From: Chloroflexota bacterium
Lineage (GTDB): Bacteria; Chloroflexota; Dehalococcoidia; DSTF01; RBG-16-68-14
Assembly (NCBI GenBank): GCA_003228685.1
Contig: QIFC01000096.1
Coordinates: 49,309 to 113,308, forward strand
Direction: 5' to 3'
Length of the DNA: 64,000 nucleotides
Part shown: in pieces, positions 54,492 through 63,911 of the stretch
Layout of the letters: the number at the start of each line of letters is the position of its first letter
Position numbering within the stretch: the first letter of the stretch is position 1
Notes under the pieces: model-generated
Told to the model about the DNA's origin: nothing
What the model saw: only the letters and a program-made list of their open reading frames with translations
Database searches by the model: none
Made by a program: the position numbers and the translations under genes

Positions 54492-56930
54492 ATGGGGACG
54501 ATTATTTCGCGGTGGCCGCTCGTCGCCTCGGCGGCGCTCTCGCTGGCGCTCGCCTTCCAGCTGATCGGCTCGGACCAAGCGAGCGCCCACGCAGTGCTGG
54601 AGCGCTCCTTTCCGTTGCAGAGCCAGCAGCTTCAGGAGCCTCCGGAGCTTGTCGAGACATGGTACAGCGAACCCCTGGAGCGTTCGCTGACCACGCTACA
54701 GGTGCTGGATACACGGGGAGACCCCGTCCACATCGGCGAGACGCTGTTCTCAAGCGATGACGATCGCTACGCGGCGATCGCGTTGCCGGCCGGCCTCGAA
54801 CCGGGCATCTACACGCTCACGTTCGAGAACGTTTCCACCGTGGACGCCCATGTGTGGAGCGGCTTCTTCTCGTTCATCATCCTTAACGCGGATGGCTCTG
54901 TGCCGGCAGGCGAGGCGGTCATCCCCAAGGGGCTGGCGGGTCAGACCGGCTTCCTCCCCGACAACTTTGATAGCGCCTTTCGCTGGCTGGGCCTGCTGGC
55001 GACGGTCGCGCTCGCCGGCGGGCTATTCTTCGCCCTGTTGGTGGCCCGTCCGGCAGCCGGCTTCTTAGAGGACGACCGCAGGCGCGTCGCTCAGACATTG
55101 GTGACGCGGAACATCGCAATGACGGTCGTTGTGGCGGCTGTCATCGTCGTCGTGACCACGGCCGGCCAAGCGCTGTGGTTCGCCGACCGGGTCGGTGGCC
55201 TAAATGACCTGAGCGGCATCCTGTTCGACACGCGGTTGGGAGAGTTGTGGGTGGTGCGAATCGGATTGACGCTGGCGCTCTTGCTGCTCTACCTGCCCGC
55301 CGTCCTGAGCGAGGACTATCGAGGAAGTAGGTCCGCCGCTCTCAGCCTGATTCCGGCCGCGATCGGCGGCCTGGGGTTGATCATGACGTACGTACTCGGC
55401 AGCCACTCAGCCGCGGGCGGCGGCCAGTTCTGGCGCATCGCCTCGGACTGGACGCACTTCGTCGCGACGGCGGCCTGGCTCGGGGCGCTCGTCCAGTTGC
55501 CGTTCGTGTTCTGGGCGGCGCGACGCCGGCTCGATGGGCCGTCGCAGGTACTGTACCTGGCGAATGTGATGGACCGTTTCTCCTGGCTGTCGGTTATCAG
55601 TGTCACGATCCTGCTGGGCACGGGCGTCTTCAATGGCTTCGTCCAGCTCCAAACGTTTGAGGCGCTCCACGAGACCAGCTATGGCCGCGTGCTGATCGCC
55701 AAGCTCGCGCTCATCATGCCCCTGCTGGCGATGGCGGCGTACAACGCCCGGTTCCTCAAGCCCGCACTCGTCGAAGCCGTCGATGCGCTTCATGACGAGG
55801 ATCCGGAGCACCGCGTTACGGGCGATGAGCGTCGCAAGATGAAATCGCGGGTACAGCGCCTCCAGCGACTGCTGCCGCGAATGGCCATCGCTGAATTCCT
55901 CCTAGGCGCCGCCGTTCTCGCTAGCGTGGCGGTGCTGGCGCAGAGCACGACCGCGGACGGCGAGCTTCGCCTCGATGCGAGCCGGCCATCTGGAGACTAT
56001 TTGGCCGTCGGTAACTCGCGAGACCTGGACACAGAGTTGCTGGTCGAGCCGTTTGGGATCGGGGTAAACACCTTCACGGTCGCTATGACGCCGTTCGACG
56101 GTGACGAGCTGGGCGAGGTGCTCGGTGTGCGGCTGACCGCGACGTTCCGGAACCCGGACGCCGCGCCTAGTGCGGGTGTCACCGGCGTAAACCAGGAGCT
56201 TGAGCCAACCAGAGTGCCGGGCGTCTGGGCTGCGGAGGCCGTCTTGCTGACGCAGCCCGGCGATTGGAGCGTCGAGGCGCGCATCCAGCGGCGCGAGATG
56301 GACGACACGAACGCCATCTTCACCGTGCAGGGTGTTGGCGGATTCTTGGCGCGCCCGCCTGGCCCCGAGGACTTGTTCGACTTGCCGTTCACGTTCGTTG
56401 ACTGGAACATCGTCGCCGGCGGCGCCATGCTCGTGCTCGGCCTGGGCACGTTCCTCATCTGGCAGAACCGCCCGCCAAGCTGGCGGCGTGGCACGGCGAC
56501 GTCCGTTGGTCTCTCAGGCGCCTTCGCGATGGTGGCAGGCGCTGTCCTGTTGTTCGGCGTCCACGCGCATCAGGGTGTGGTCGGCAGCACGAGTCCGGTG
56601 CCGGCGACAGCCGAATCGTACCGTATCGGCGAGGAAATCTTTGTGAACACGTGCGCGGCTTGTCATGGCATCGAGGGCGAGGGTGATGGGCCTGGTGCCG
56701 GAGCGCTGCCGTACGCGCCGCCTCGCCTAGGCGACCACGTGCCATTCCACGGCGATGGCACGGTGTTCGGCTGGGTCAGCAACGGACTGCCCGACGATGC
56801 CGAGGTCAAGATCATGCCCGCCTTCAAATCGCAACTCACTGAGGAGGAGCGCTGGCACATTGTGAACTACCTGCGAGCCACGTGGACATTCGGTAATTAC
56901 GAGCCGGTGCTACCCGAAGACCTCCAATAA
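54492..56930 (+). CDS. CopC-CopD fusion protein with C-terminal cytochrome c domain (YcnJ-like plus cyt c)
   Basis: N-terminal CopC fold (SAHAVLERSFP...IYTLTFENVSTVDAHVWSG), about 8 TM helices typical of CopD, and a C-terminal CAACHG haem-binding motif. Confidence 0.85.
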   Translation: MGTIISRWPLVASAALSLALAFQLIGSDQASAHAVLERSFPLQSQQLQEPPELVETWYSEPLERSLTTLQVLDTRGDPVHIGETLFSSDDDRYAAIALPAGLEPGIYTLTFENVSTVDAHVWSGFFSFIILNADGSVPAGEAVIPKGLAGQTGFLPDNFDSAFRWLGLLATVALAGGLFFALLVARPAAGFLEDDRRRVAQTLVTRNIAMTVVVAAVIVVVTTAGQALWFADRVGGLNDLSGILFDTRLGELWVVRIGLTLALLLLYLPAVLSEDYRGSRSAALSLIPAAIGGLGLIMTYVLGSHSAAGGGQFWRIASDWTHFVATAAWLGALVQLPFVFWAARRRLDGPSQVLYLANVMDRFSWLSVISVTILLGTGVFNGFVQLQTFEALHETSYGRVLIAKLALIMPLLAMAAYNARFLKPALVEAVDALHDEDPEHRVTGDERRKMKSRVQRLQRLLPRMAIAEFLLGAAVLASVAVLAQSTTADGELRLDASRPSGDYLAVGNSRDLDTELLVEPFGIGVNTFTVAMTPFDGDELGEVLGVRLTATFRNPDAAPSAGVTGVNQELEPTRVPGVWAAEAVLLTQPGDWSVEARIQRREMDDTNAIFTVQGVGGFLARPPGPEDLFDLPFTFVDWNIVAGGAMLVLGLGTFLIWQNRPPSWRRGTATSVGLSGAFAMVAGAVLLFGVHAHQGVVGSTSPVPATAESYRIGEEIFVNTCAACHGIEGEGDGPGAGALPYAPPRLGDHVPFHGDGTVFGWVSNGLPDDAEVKIMPAFKSQLTEEERWHIVNYLRATWTFGNYEPVLPEDLQ

Positions 56931-56957
56931 AAGGAAGAAACGGCCGATATGGAGGCG

Positions 56958-56975
56958 GCGCGCCAGTCGGCGCGC
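56958..56975. terminator. GC hairpin GCGCGCC-AGTC-GGCGCGC between convergent genes
   Basis: 7-bp perfect stem read in the sequence. Confidence 0.35.
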
Positions 56976-56996
56976 TAGACGCTGCTGCGGTCGCCG

Positions 56997-58034
56997 CTAG
57001 GCGGCGCGTCTGTAGATTGCCGCCCCGGCCATCCGCAGCGCCCACGAGGGCGCGAAGCGCACGAAGAGCGCCATCAGTTGCTGGCCCGGCGGCGTCTGCC
57101 CGGTGCTCCACGATCCTGTTTGATCGGCCGGATAGTAGTAGTAGGGTAGGGGCTCCTCGCGGCTGCCCCAACTCAGCTTGTAACTCCGCAGGCCCTCTTG
57201 CTCGGGTTCGGACCTCCCAAGGTTGATCTCCCTGTAGCCGTCCGCCACGCCCAGCTCGATGGTCGCCATTTGCAGAAGGTTGTTGGGGCCCAACGTCTGA
57301 TAGCGGCTATCCGACGCGTTAAACTTGCCAACGAGCCTGGTCCCGTATCCGAGCACGATATCCGCCGCGATGGCCCGGCCTTCGTACTCGCAGAGCAGCA
57401 GCACCCCACCGCCACTGGAGATCACGTGGCGGTGGATGTTCTCGAAGAATCGCCACGGCTGTGGGATCAGACCGTGCTTCCTGCGTGTGTGCATGTTCAG
57501 ATCGTAGAAACGCTCCATGTTTGACAGCGTGTGGCCGGCTCTCACGGTGAGGCCGTTTCGCTTAGCCTTGCGGATAGTCCGCAGCACGCTTTTGCGGCAA
57601 CGCGCCTCCAGTTCCTCCATGTCGCCATCGAGATCTATCACGTGCTGCAAGAACGCGTCGGTTTTTGTGAACCCTTGCGATTCCAGGTCCAGCGCAGATG
57701 TACCGCGCAGTTCCAGCGCGCTGTCCCCGTTGCTGGTCGTGCGTTTCAGCTCCTCAACGAGGGCTCTGCCGTCCTCGGAGTCCTGTAGCAGCGGCGGGCA
57801 ATAATCGCTGAACGGCGCGCCCACGAGGCGTGAGCCGTTGACCGCGAACAACGGAATACCGCCCACGATCTTGCCGTTCGTGTTGCGCGCCACCATGTAG
57901 CGCGGCTGGAAGTCGTACGTGTCGCGGAGGACCTTCGCCCAGGCGCCCGTATGGAACGGCGTAGTTTCGGGCATCTCGTGAATAAACGCTTCCCAGACGG
58001 GTTCGCGGGTCGGGTCAACGGTATCGAACTGCAT
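56997..58034 (-). CDS. FemAB-like / GNAT (Acetyltransf_6) family protein (peptidyl/aminoacyl transferase-like)
   Basis: Start set at ATG 58034 (MQFDTVDPTREPVWEAFIHE...), which abuts the stop of the upstream gene. The ORF extends to 58385. The ~345-aa two-lobed GNAT architecture is typical of the FemAB/BioF2-like family. Confidence 0.6.
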   Translation of the reverse strand: MQFDTVDPTREPVWEAFIHEMPETTPFHTGAWAKVLRDTYDFQPRYMVARNTNGKIVGGIPLFAVNGSRLVGAPFSDYCPPLLQDSEDGRALVEELKRTTSNGDSALELRGTSALDLESQGFTKTDAFLQHVIDLDGDMEELEARCRKSVLRTIRKAKRNGLTVRAGHTLSNMERFYDLNMHTRRKHGLIPQPWRFFENIHRHVISSGGGVLLLCEYEGRAIAADIVLGYGTRLVGKFNASDSRYQTLGPNNLLQMATIELGVADGYREINLGRSEPEQEGLRSYKLSWGSREEPLPYYYYPADQTGSWSTGQTPPGQQLMALFVRFAPSWALRMAGAAIYRRAA

Positions 58035-58036
58035 GG

Positions 58037-59332
58037 CTAGACCTCCAGAGGACGCCGAATGAAGTCTACGAGTGTCATCGAATCGACATCGCCGGTAAGC
58101 GACATCGCGCAGCGGGCGCCCTGCGGCCAGCGCCAAATGCGCACCAAGGGTGCGTCCGAAGCATCGATCACCGCCAGGACGGCGCGCTTGTCGGTGTCCT
58201 CGAACGTCCGCCAGCCACCGAGGTGTAGCGAGCAATCGCTCCCGCCTCGCTGGACCACGTAGCCCTCGGCCACCAAGAACTGCAGCAGCGTCGGCGAGGC
58301 GTCCTCGTCGACCGAGATGGCGGGGCGCTTCGGTGCCCTGATCGAAAAGTGGCTGCTGCGGGCCATCTGGTAGTCGCCGAACCACGGTCTCAGCGCGGCG
58401 CCGCCGTCGACGCCTCGCGCGACGACGGCGACGTCTGGATCGTCGGGCGCGATGACTCGGTACGTGCCTTCAGCGGTCAGGTCGATCTGCAATCGGTACC
58501 CTGCTCGCCGGTGCCACCAGGCGCTGATCTCGGCCAGAGACGCCAGCCAAACGTGAGGCTGACGGTCCTGCGTGTGAGTGAGCACGGCTTCCAGCGCCGA
58601 CCTGCACAGCGCCAGCCGTTCGTGGTGCAGGATCAGCACGAACATCTCGCCCAGTGCGTGCACCTCGTCCAGGATGTCGCGCCAGATCTGCTCACGACGC
58701 TGGGGTGTCGTGCGCAGCCGGTCGACCAGCGCTTCGTCGTCCGGGAGCGAGGCGGGCAGATCGAGCAGCCCGTTCACGAACGATGGCAGGCTAACCATCG
58801 AAGCGGCTTCGGCGCTGCCGTAGAGGCTAAGGCCTTTGCGGTACGCCTCCAGTGCTCGCGGGCTGATGCCGTCATCTGCCGGGACAACGTCCCAAGCGAC
58901 GGTGCGGTTGCTGCCGTACTGAAGCCCCAGCTCCTTCGCGGTGGTGACGCTGTCTTCGTTCCAACGCACGTACGGGCAGCGGAAGCCTTCGACCGGAATG
59001 CCCCGCTGCGCGAACGCCGCCAGCCCGCGCTCGATGTGTGCGCGCTGTTCGTCCGCGTCCAGCGCGCGATAGTCCGTATGTACCCAGCCGTGGATCGCGA
59101 GTTCGGCGCCGCGTTGCGACAGACGCTCGAACACACTTGGGTGCCGTTCGATCAGGTTCGCCGTGACCGCGAGCGTGGGGGTGGTCCCGTACGCGTTCGC
59201 GATGTCAACGTAGCCGTTGAGTGCGCGGTCCATCTTCGCGGTCGACACGCCGAAGCGCGTCGCGATCGTCGGGAGGCGTTGCATGCTGTTCACCAGACCG
59301 CGCGATTTCAGCAAGTAGGCGATGAGGTTCAT
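58037..59332 (-). CDS. Polysaccharide deacetylase family protein
   Basis: NodB-like region LSQRGAELAIHGWVHTDYRALDADEQRAHIERGLAAFAQRGIPVEGFRCPYVRWN. Additional C-terminal domain. Confidence 0.75.
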   Translation of the reverse strand: MNLIAYLLKSRGLVNSMQRLPTIATRFGVSTAKMDRALNGYVDIANAYGTTPTLAVTANLIERHPSVFERLSQRGAELAIHGWVHTDYRALDADEQRAHIERGLAAFAQRGIPVEGFRCPYVRWNEDSVTTAKELGLQYGSNRTVAWDVVPADDGISPRALEAYRKGLSLYGSAEAASMVSLPSFVNGLLDLPASLPDDEALVDRLRTTPQRREQIWRDILDEVHALGEMFVLILHHERLALCRSALEAVLTHTQDRQPHVWLASLAEISAWWHRRAGYRLQIDLTAEGTYRVIAPDDPDVAVVARGVDGGAALRPWFGDYQMARSSHFSIRAPKRPAISVDEDASPTLLQFLVAEGYVVQRGGSDCSLHLGGWRTFEDTDKRAVLAVIDASDAPLVRIWRWPQGARCAMSLTGDVDSMTLVDFIRRPLEV

Positions 59333-60522
59333 GCTAGATCTCCCTTCGGCTCCGCGGCGGCCGTATGGATGCCCACAAGCTCTTCATGAACGCCGATGTA
59401 CTTTCGGCGAGCGTTCTCCCAACGGAAGCGGTCGTAGACTTCGTGCGCGGTTTGGGCCATTCGTTTTCCTCTGGCCGGGTCGTCGTACAGTTCAAGGATG
59501 CGCCGCGCCAGGTCGACTTCGTCGTCCGGCGTGAAGTAGGCGATGGCGTTGTCATCGAAAAGAGGGGTCAGGGACGGGCTAAGTGACGAGACGACCGGGC
59601 ACTTCATCGCGATGTATTCGAAGAGCTTGTTGGGCAGGATTGACATGATCAGCATCGGCGTCACACCGATGTCCGCACGCGCGATCATCTCAGGTACGAG
59701 CTTGTGCGGGATAGAGTCGAGGAAACGTACGTGGTCCGTCACTCCTAGTTTGGCCGCAATCTGTTCGAGTTCATCGCGATATTCGCCGTCGCCAAGGATC
59801 GTCACCTCCAGCTCGGGGATACGGTCGGTCAAGTGCGGGACCGCGCGGATCAGCGTCTGGATGCCATACCGCTTGAGGATGCTGCCGTGCGTGATCACTC
59901 GGAACACGCTGTCCGGTTCGCACGCATTGGTGCCTAGTCTGAAGACTGACTCCTGAGGCACGTTCATCACAACCGTTGGTTCTGATCGAGGGCGGCTGCG
60001 TTCCACAACTTGGTCGCGTTGGTAGGGGCTGACCGTGATCACGCGGTGCGCGAAACGCACGCTGATGCCTTCGGCCCAGCGCAGGAGTCGGATAAGGGTC
60101 CTGTCGTCGCCAATCCCATAGTTGTTGCCGGTCTGTTCCGGCGTCATCTCGAACATGAAGAAAATGATCTTGGAACCGAGCAGTTTTGCCGGCAAGGCGG
60201 CAAAGACGATCAGGTCCGGCACGTTGTAAAGCTCGACGATGTCGTAACGATGCCTGATGCTCCGAACGGCCAGCAGCGAGAACGCCATCAGGATGAAGGC
60301 TCCGTATTCGAACATGTAGCGATATTGCGATGTGCGCTTGTGTTCGATCGGAAGCCGCGTGACGGTGCCGCCGCGATACTCTTCGCGCGCCGCCTCGCCG
60401 GGCGCTCTTAGGCAGATCACGTCGACGTGGAAGCCGGCGTCGGTTAGCGCGTCGACGTTCTTCCGGACGTGATCTTCTTCGGGAAAGTAGTTCTGTCGGA
60501 CGATGCAGACACGCTTCGCCAT
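59329..60522 (-). CDS. Glycosyltransferase family 4 (GT-B, group 1)
   Basis: C-terminal GT1 motif ...ADIGVTPMLIMSILPNKLFEYIAMKCPVVSS. 4-bp overlap with its neighbours. Confidence 0.85.
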   Translation of the reverse strand: MAKRVCIVRQNYFPEEDHVRKNVDALTDAGFHVDVICLRAPGEAAREEYRGGTVTRLPIEHKRTSQYRYMFEYGAFILMAFSLLAVRSIRHRYDIVELYNVPDLIVFAALPAKLLGSKIIFFMFEMTPEQTGNNYGIGDDRTLIRLLRWAEGISVRFAHRVITVSPYQRDQVVERSRPRSEPTVVMNVPQESVFRLGTNACEPDSVFRVITHGSILKRYGIQTLIRAVPHLTDRIPELEVTILGDGEYRDELEQIAAKLGVTDHVRFLDSIPHKLVPEMIARADIGVTPMLIMSILPNKLFEYIAMKCPVVSSLSPSLTPLFDDNAIAYFTPDDEVDLARRILELYDDPARGKRMAQTAHEVYDRFRWENARRKYIGVHEELVGIHTAAAEPKGDLA

Positions 60523-61505
60523 TACTCCTCCGAACCTCTCGTGGCCGGCGAGAGCGCCGCGTGTTCGCGCCCGCTAGCGGAGAGCGTTTGCTCGTAGAGA
60601 TCGATGATGCGCTGGCTGACGGTGTCCAGCGCCAGGTGCCCTACGGCTTCCCGCCCCTTCGTGCGGCGGCCGAACGCCAAGGCGGACTGGAGCTTGCTCG
60701 CGATGTCGGCCGGCTCCATCTTGCAGAGGTAGCACCCGGCCGTGCGGCCGATGATCTCGCGCACGTCGCCCACGTCCGTGGCGACCACGGGAACATTGCA
60801 CGCCATCGCCTCTTTGACCACGTTTGGCGAGCCCTCCGCCTCGGACGTCAGCACCAGTGCATCGCAGGCGTTCATGTAATCGGGGACGTTGGCGTGCGGC
60901 ATGCCAGACAACGGTACGAGTTCCGCTTCGGGCAGGCGCTCCTGGAGGATGGACATCGCGGCTGAAGCCAGGCCGTAGCGCTTTTCTCCCCGGCGTTCGC
61001 CCGCCCAGAGGACGAGCTGTTTGTCGGCGGGCAGTCCGAGCTGTGTGCGGCAGTCCTGTTTGTCGCGCGGCCGGAACAGCTCCATGTTGATGCCTCCGGG
61101 GATGATGTGCGCGTCCCTGACGCCCAGCCGCGTCCGCATTTCATCTGTCCGCACGATCACAGTGTCGAACCAGCGCGTGAAGAGGCGGCACAGGTACTTC
61201 TCCCACGTCATGAAGACCTCCGGGCCGTGGTGCGTGATAACGACGGGGTAGCGCGTCTGGGCGCGGGCGATCAGCCCGCCGAAGATGTAGTGGCCGTGAA
61301 CGAGGTCATACTCGCGTTCACCCAGGCGTTGCCAAAGTTGGCGATAGCCGCGCAAGTAGTTCAGTTTGCTGGCCTGGCCGTCGATGAACAGGACGTCAAC
61401 ATCGACGCCCAGGCTCCGCAGCGACTCGGTCTCTTGCCGGACGAAGATGCCGAAGTGAGGACGGTCCTCCGTCGGGTACATGTTGGTGACCTTGAGCACT
61501 CTCAT
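60522..61505 (-). CDS. Glycosyltransferase family 4 (GT-B, group 1)
   Basis: ...ACDALVLTSEAEGSPNVVKEAMACNVPVVATDVGDVREIIG (EX7E-type motif). Confidence 0.85.
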   Translation of the reverse strand: MRVLKVTNMYPTEDRPHFGIFVRQETESLRSLGVDVDVLFIDGQASKLNYLRGYRQLWQRLGEREYDLVHGHYIFGGLIARAQTRYPVVITHHGPEVFMTWEKYLCRLFTRWFDTVIVRTDEMRTRLGVRDAHIIPGGINMELFRPRDKQDCRTQLGLPADKQLVLWAGERRGEKRYGLASAAMSILQERLPEAELVPLSGMPHANVPDYMNACDALVLTSEAEGSPNVVKEAMACNVPVVATDVGDVREIIGRTAGCYLCKMEPADIASKLQSALAFGRRTKGREAVGHLALDTVSQRIIDLYEQTLSASGREHAALSPATRGSEE

Positions 61506-62500
61506 GAGCGAGCCTCCTTCACTGGTGCTAACGTCGATGCACTGCCGTTGGTTTCGGCCGGTCTAGCGATGATCAACAGGCCGCCCTCGAAGCTGCGCCG
61601 CAGCCGCGGGATCGGTCGCAAGAGCCTAAAGCCGGTGCTGAGTAGCGTTTCAATGAAGGGCCGCGCCATCACACGCAGCTTCGGCCAGCGCCAGAGCACG
61701 GAGCTGACGAAATCGTGGAGCTTGGGCGGCAGAAAGAGCTGGGGCAGTCCTTTCGCCTTCTTTGAAATCTCGACGCGAGCGAAGCCGGCCCGCGCGAGCG
61801 CTCGCACGAGCGCCTTCTCCGACCACCAGCCCCAACACCGCGGCGGGAAGTTGTTGATGTTAGCCGTCTCCTTCGTTGGCGCGCGGTTGTAAGCGATGAT
61901 CAGCGGCGCATGCCAGCGCGTCCGGATCGTGCTCAGGAACGCCACGGGGTCCTGGATGTGGTGGATCACGAAGAAGCTGACGATGACGGCCGGGTTGGCC
62001 CATCCCTCTGGGACCGTGTCGATCGTGCCGCACCAGGCCTGGAAGCCTTCGCGTTGGGCCGCCTCGACCACGGGCTTGGCGACATCGACGCCAACCGCGT
62101 TGTAGCCGCGTTCGCGCAGCGCTCGCAGGAATGCTCCCAGCCCGCAGCCGACCTCCATGACGGTCGCGCCCTTGGGCACGTTCGCTTCGATCCAGGCGAG
62201 CGTGTCGTGGTGGGCCGGCGACCACAGGCCGAACGACTCGTGCTCCACGACGATGTCGCGTCGGCTGATCCTGCGCGCGTAGTCGTCCATCTGTGTGCGG
62301 GTCTCATGGCCTGCGTAGGCCTGCGAATAGACCTGGACCGGGTCGATGTCCTCGACGGGCCAAGCGAACACGAAGTCGCACTCCCTGCATCGTCTCATCT
62401 CACCGTCACCCGACGCCCAAGGCAGCAGAGGCTCGCCGTTGCTTCCGCAGATGTGGCACATTGGTTGTGCAATGACCATGCGATCAGTCTCCCTTCGCAA
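61502..62500 (-). CDS. Class I SAM-dependent methyltransferase with N-terminal Cys4 zinc ribbon
   Basis: CHICG...CRECD zinc ribbon. SAM motif VMEVGCGLGAFLRALRERGYNAVGVD. Confidence 0.8.
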   Translation of the reverse strand: MRRETDRMVIAQPMCHICGSNGEPLLPWASGDGEMRRCRECDFVFAWPVEDIDPVQVYSQAYAGHETRTQMDDYARRISRRDIVVEHESFGLWSPAHHDTLAWIEANVPKGATVMEVGCGLGAFLRALRERGYNAVGVDVAKPVVEAAQREGFQAWCGTIDTVPEGWANPAVIVSFFVIHHIQDPVAFLSTIRTRWHAPLIIAYNRAPTKETANINNFPPRCWGWWSEKALVRALARAGFARVEISKKAKGLPQLFLPPKLHDFVSSVLWRWPKLRVMARPFIETLLSTGFRLLRPIPRLRRSFEGGLLIIARPAETNGSASTLAPVKEARS

Positions 62501-63911
62501 CGGGCGCCGGTTGGTCCGCCGGTTCGCGTTCGGCGAGCTTAGTCAGAGCCAGCGACACCCCCGCCAGAATCCAGAACGACAACGCGCTGGTGAATAAGTT
62601 GTGGAACGATGAATTGACGGCAAACGCGACGAGTGCACCGAAGCAGCCCAGCGCGATCCCCTTCATCAACGGGTCTCGGAACCGCCCGAGCGCATGCAGC
62701 AAGTTCCGAGCGATGAACAACATCATCAACACGTAAAGCACCAGGCCGCCCGTTCCGAACGATACCCAGGCGTTGAGGAAATCGTTGTGTGGGCTCTCTT
62801 TCCCTAGAATCGTTCCTGCGCCCTGCCGGTCGAGTGTCGCCTTGGCGATGGTGTTCGCGTAGCTAGGCGAAAGTTCCTTGAATTGGTCGTATCCAACCCC
62901 CAGGACGGGGTGATCCATCGCCATGTTGAGCGCCGCCGTCCAGAGCACCGGCCGCGCGGCCGCGCTGCCCTCGCTGTCCGGCCCCGCCGTATAGCGGCTA
63001 CCCGACTGATCGGCCCAGAACAGGAACCCTCCAGCGACCAACAGCAAGAGCAGGATCAGTTCCCCCCCGGTGCGGCCTCTCAGGAGCAGCGCCATGGCTA
63101 TGAGCGCGGCCGCCGCGCTGAACACCCAGGAGCGTGTCTCGGTGAAGAAGAGCGCGCCGCCCATCGTGAGCACGGCGGCGAGCAACAGGAAGCCGGAAAC
63201 TCTGCTTGGAGCGCCTCGCATCAGCAGCACACCCACGACCGGGAAGAGCAGTAGCATCAGATGGTCGGTCAGGAGAATCGGGTTGAGGTCCAGCCCCAGC
63301 GCACGGGATCCCCAGTCGGCGAGGTCCACGTTGACAACAGTGTTGTGCGGGACGGACAGGAACCTTGGCCCGACCACCTGTTGCGCAAGGGCAACAGCGG
63401 CGGACGTAGTCCCGACGATCAGCGCGACAAGCGCCGCCTGCAGGAAGCTGCGCCGGTCCCTGATCACCAACGGGATGATCAGCAAGACCGCGATATCCGG
63501 TGCGTTCGAACGCAACAGAACGGGAACGAGTGCTGCATCGGCCGCTAGGGTGCTCACCACGGCTAGCGACAAGAACAAGCCGGCCGTGATGGTCATCGCG
63601 CGGGCGCGAGGGCCAAGGTCAGCGTCGACAAGCGCATGACCGAGCGCGATCAAGGCCACCGCTGGTAGGATCAGTTCATAGTTGCGGATTGTGAACTCGG
63701 ACAACACCAGGACACCGAGCACCCAGACGGGGTTGCGTAACGCCATCACCAGAAATATCGCCTGGATGCCGAGCACCACCAGCTCCAGCCGTTCAGGCGT
63801 CGTGCCCAGAATTGGGATCGCCAATAGAGGCGCGAGCGGCAGCCAAGGCAGCGAGATGCCCTTGGTGGCGTCGTCGCGCGCCGTCCCCAGTGGGGCAGCG
63901 AACGCGCTCAT
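62484..63911 (-). CDS. O-antigen ligase / polymerase (Wzy/WaaL-like) family membrane protein
   Basis: About 10-12 TM helices with a large external loop. ...AMDHPVLGVGYDQFKE resembles the Wzy_C motif. Confidence 0.75.
   Translation of the reverse strand: MSAFAAPLGTARDDATKGISLPWLPLAPLLAIPILGTTPERLELVVLGIQAIFLVMALRNPVWVLGVLVLSEFTIRNYELILPAVALIALGHALVDADLGPRARAMTITAGLFLSLAVVSTLAADAALVPVLLRSNAPDIAVLLIIPLVIRDRRSFLQAALVALIVGTTSAAVALAQQVVGPRFLSVPHNTVVNVDLADWGSRALGLDLNPILLTDHLMLLLFPVVGVLLMRGAPSRVSGFLLLAAVLTMGGALFFTETRSWVFSAAAALIAMALLLRGRTGGELILLLLLVAGGFLFWADQSGSRYTAGPDSEGSAAARPVLWTAALNMAMDHPVLGVGYDQFKELSPSYANTIAKATLDRQGAGTILGKESPHNDFLNAWVSFGTGGLVLYVLMMLFIARNLLHALGRFRDPLMKGIALGCFGALVAFAVNSSFHNLFTSALSFWILAGVSLALTKLAEREPADQPAPVAKGD

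Noticed and set aside
58349-59389. 346-aa plus-strand ORF antisense to the polysaccharide deacetylase gene
   Set aside because: Arg/Val-rich antisense artefact. The deacetylase frame has clear family motifs.
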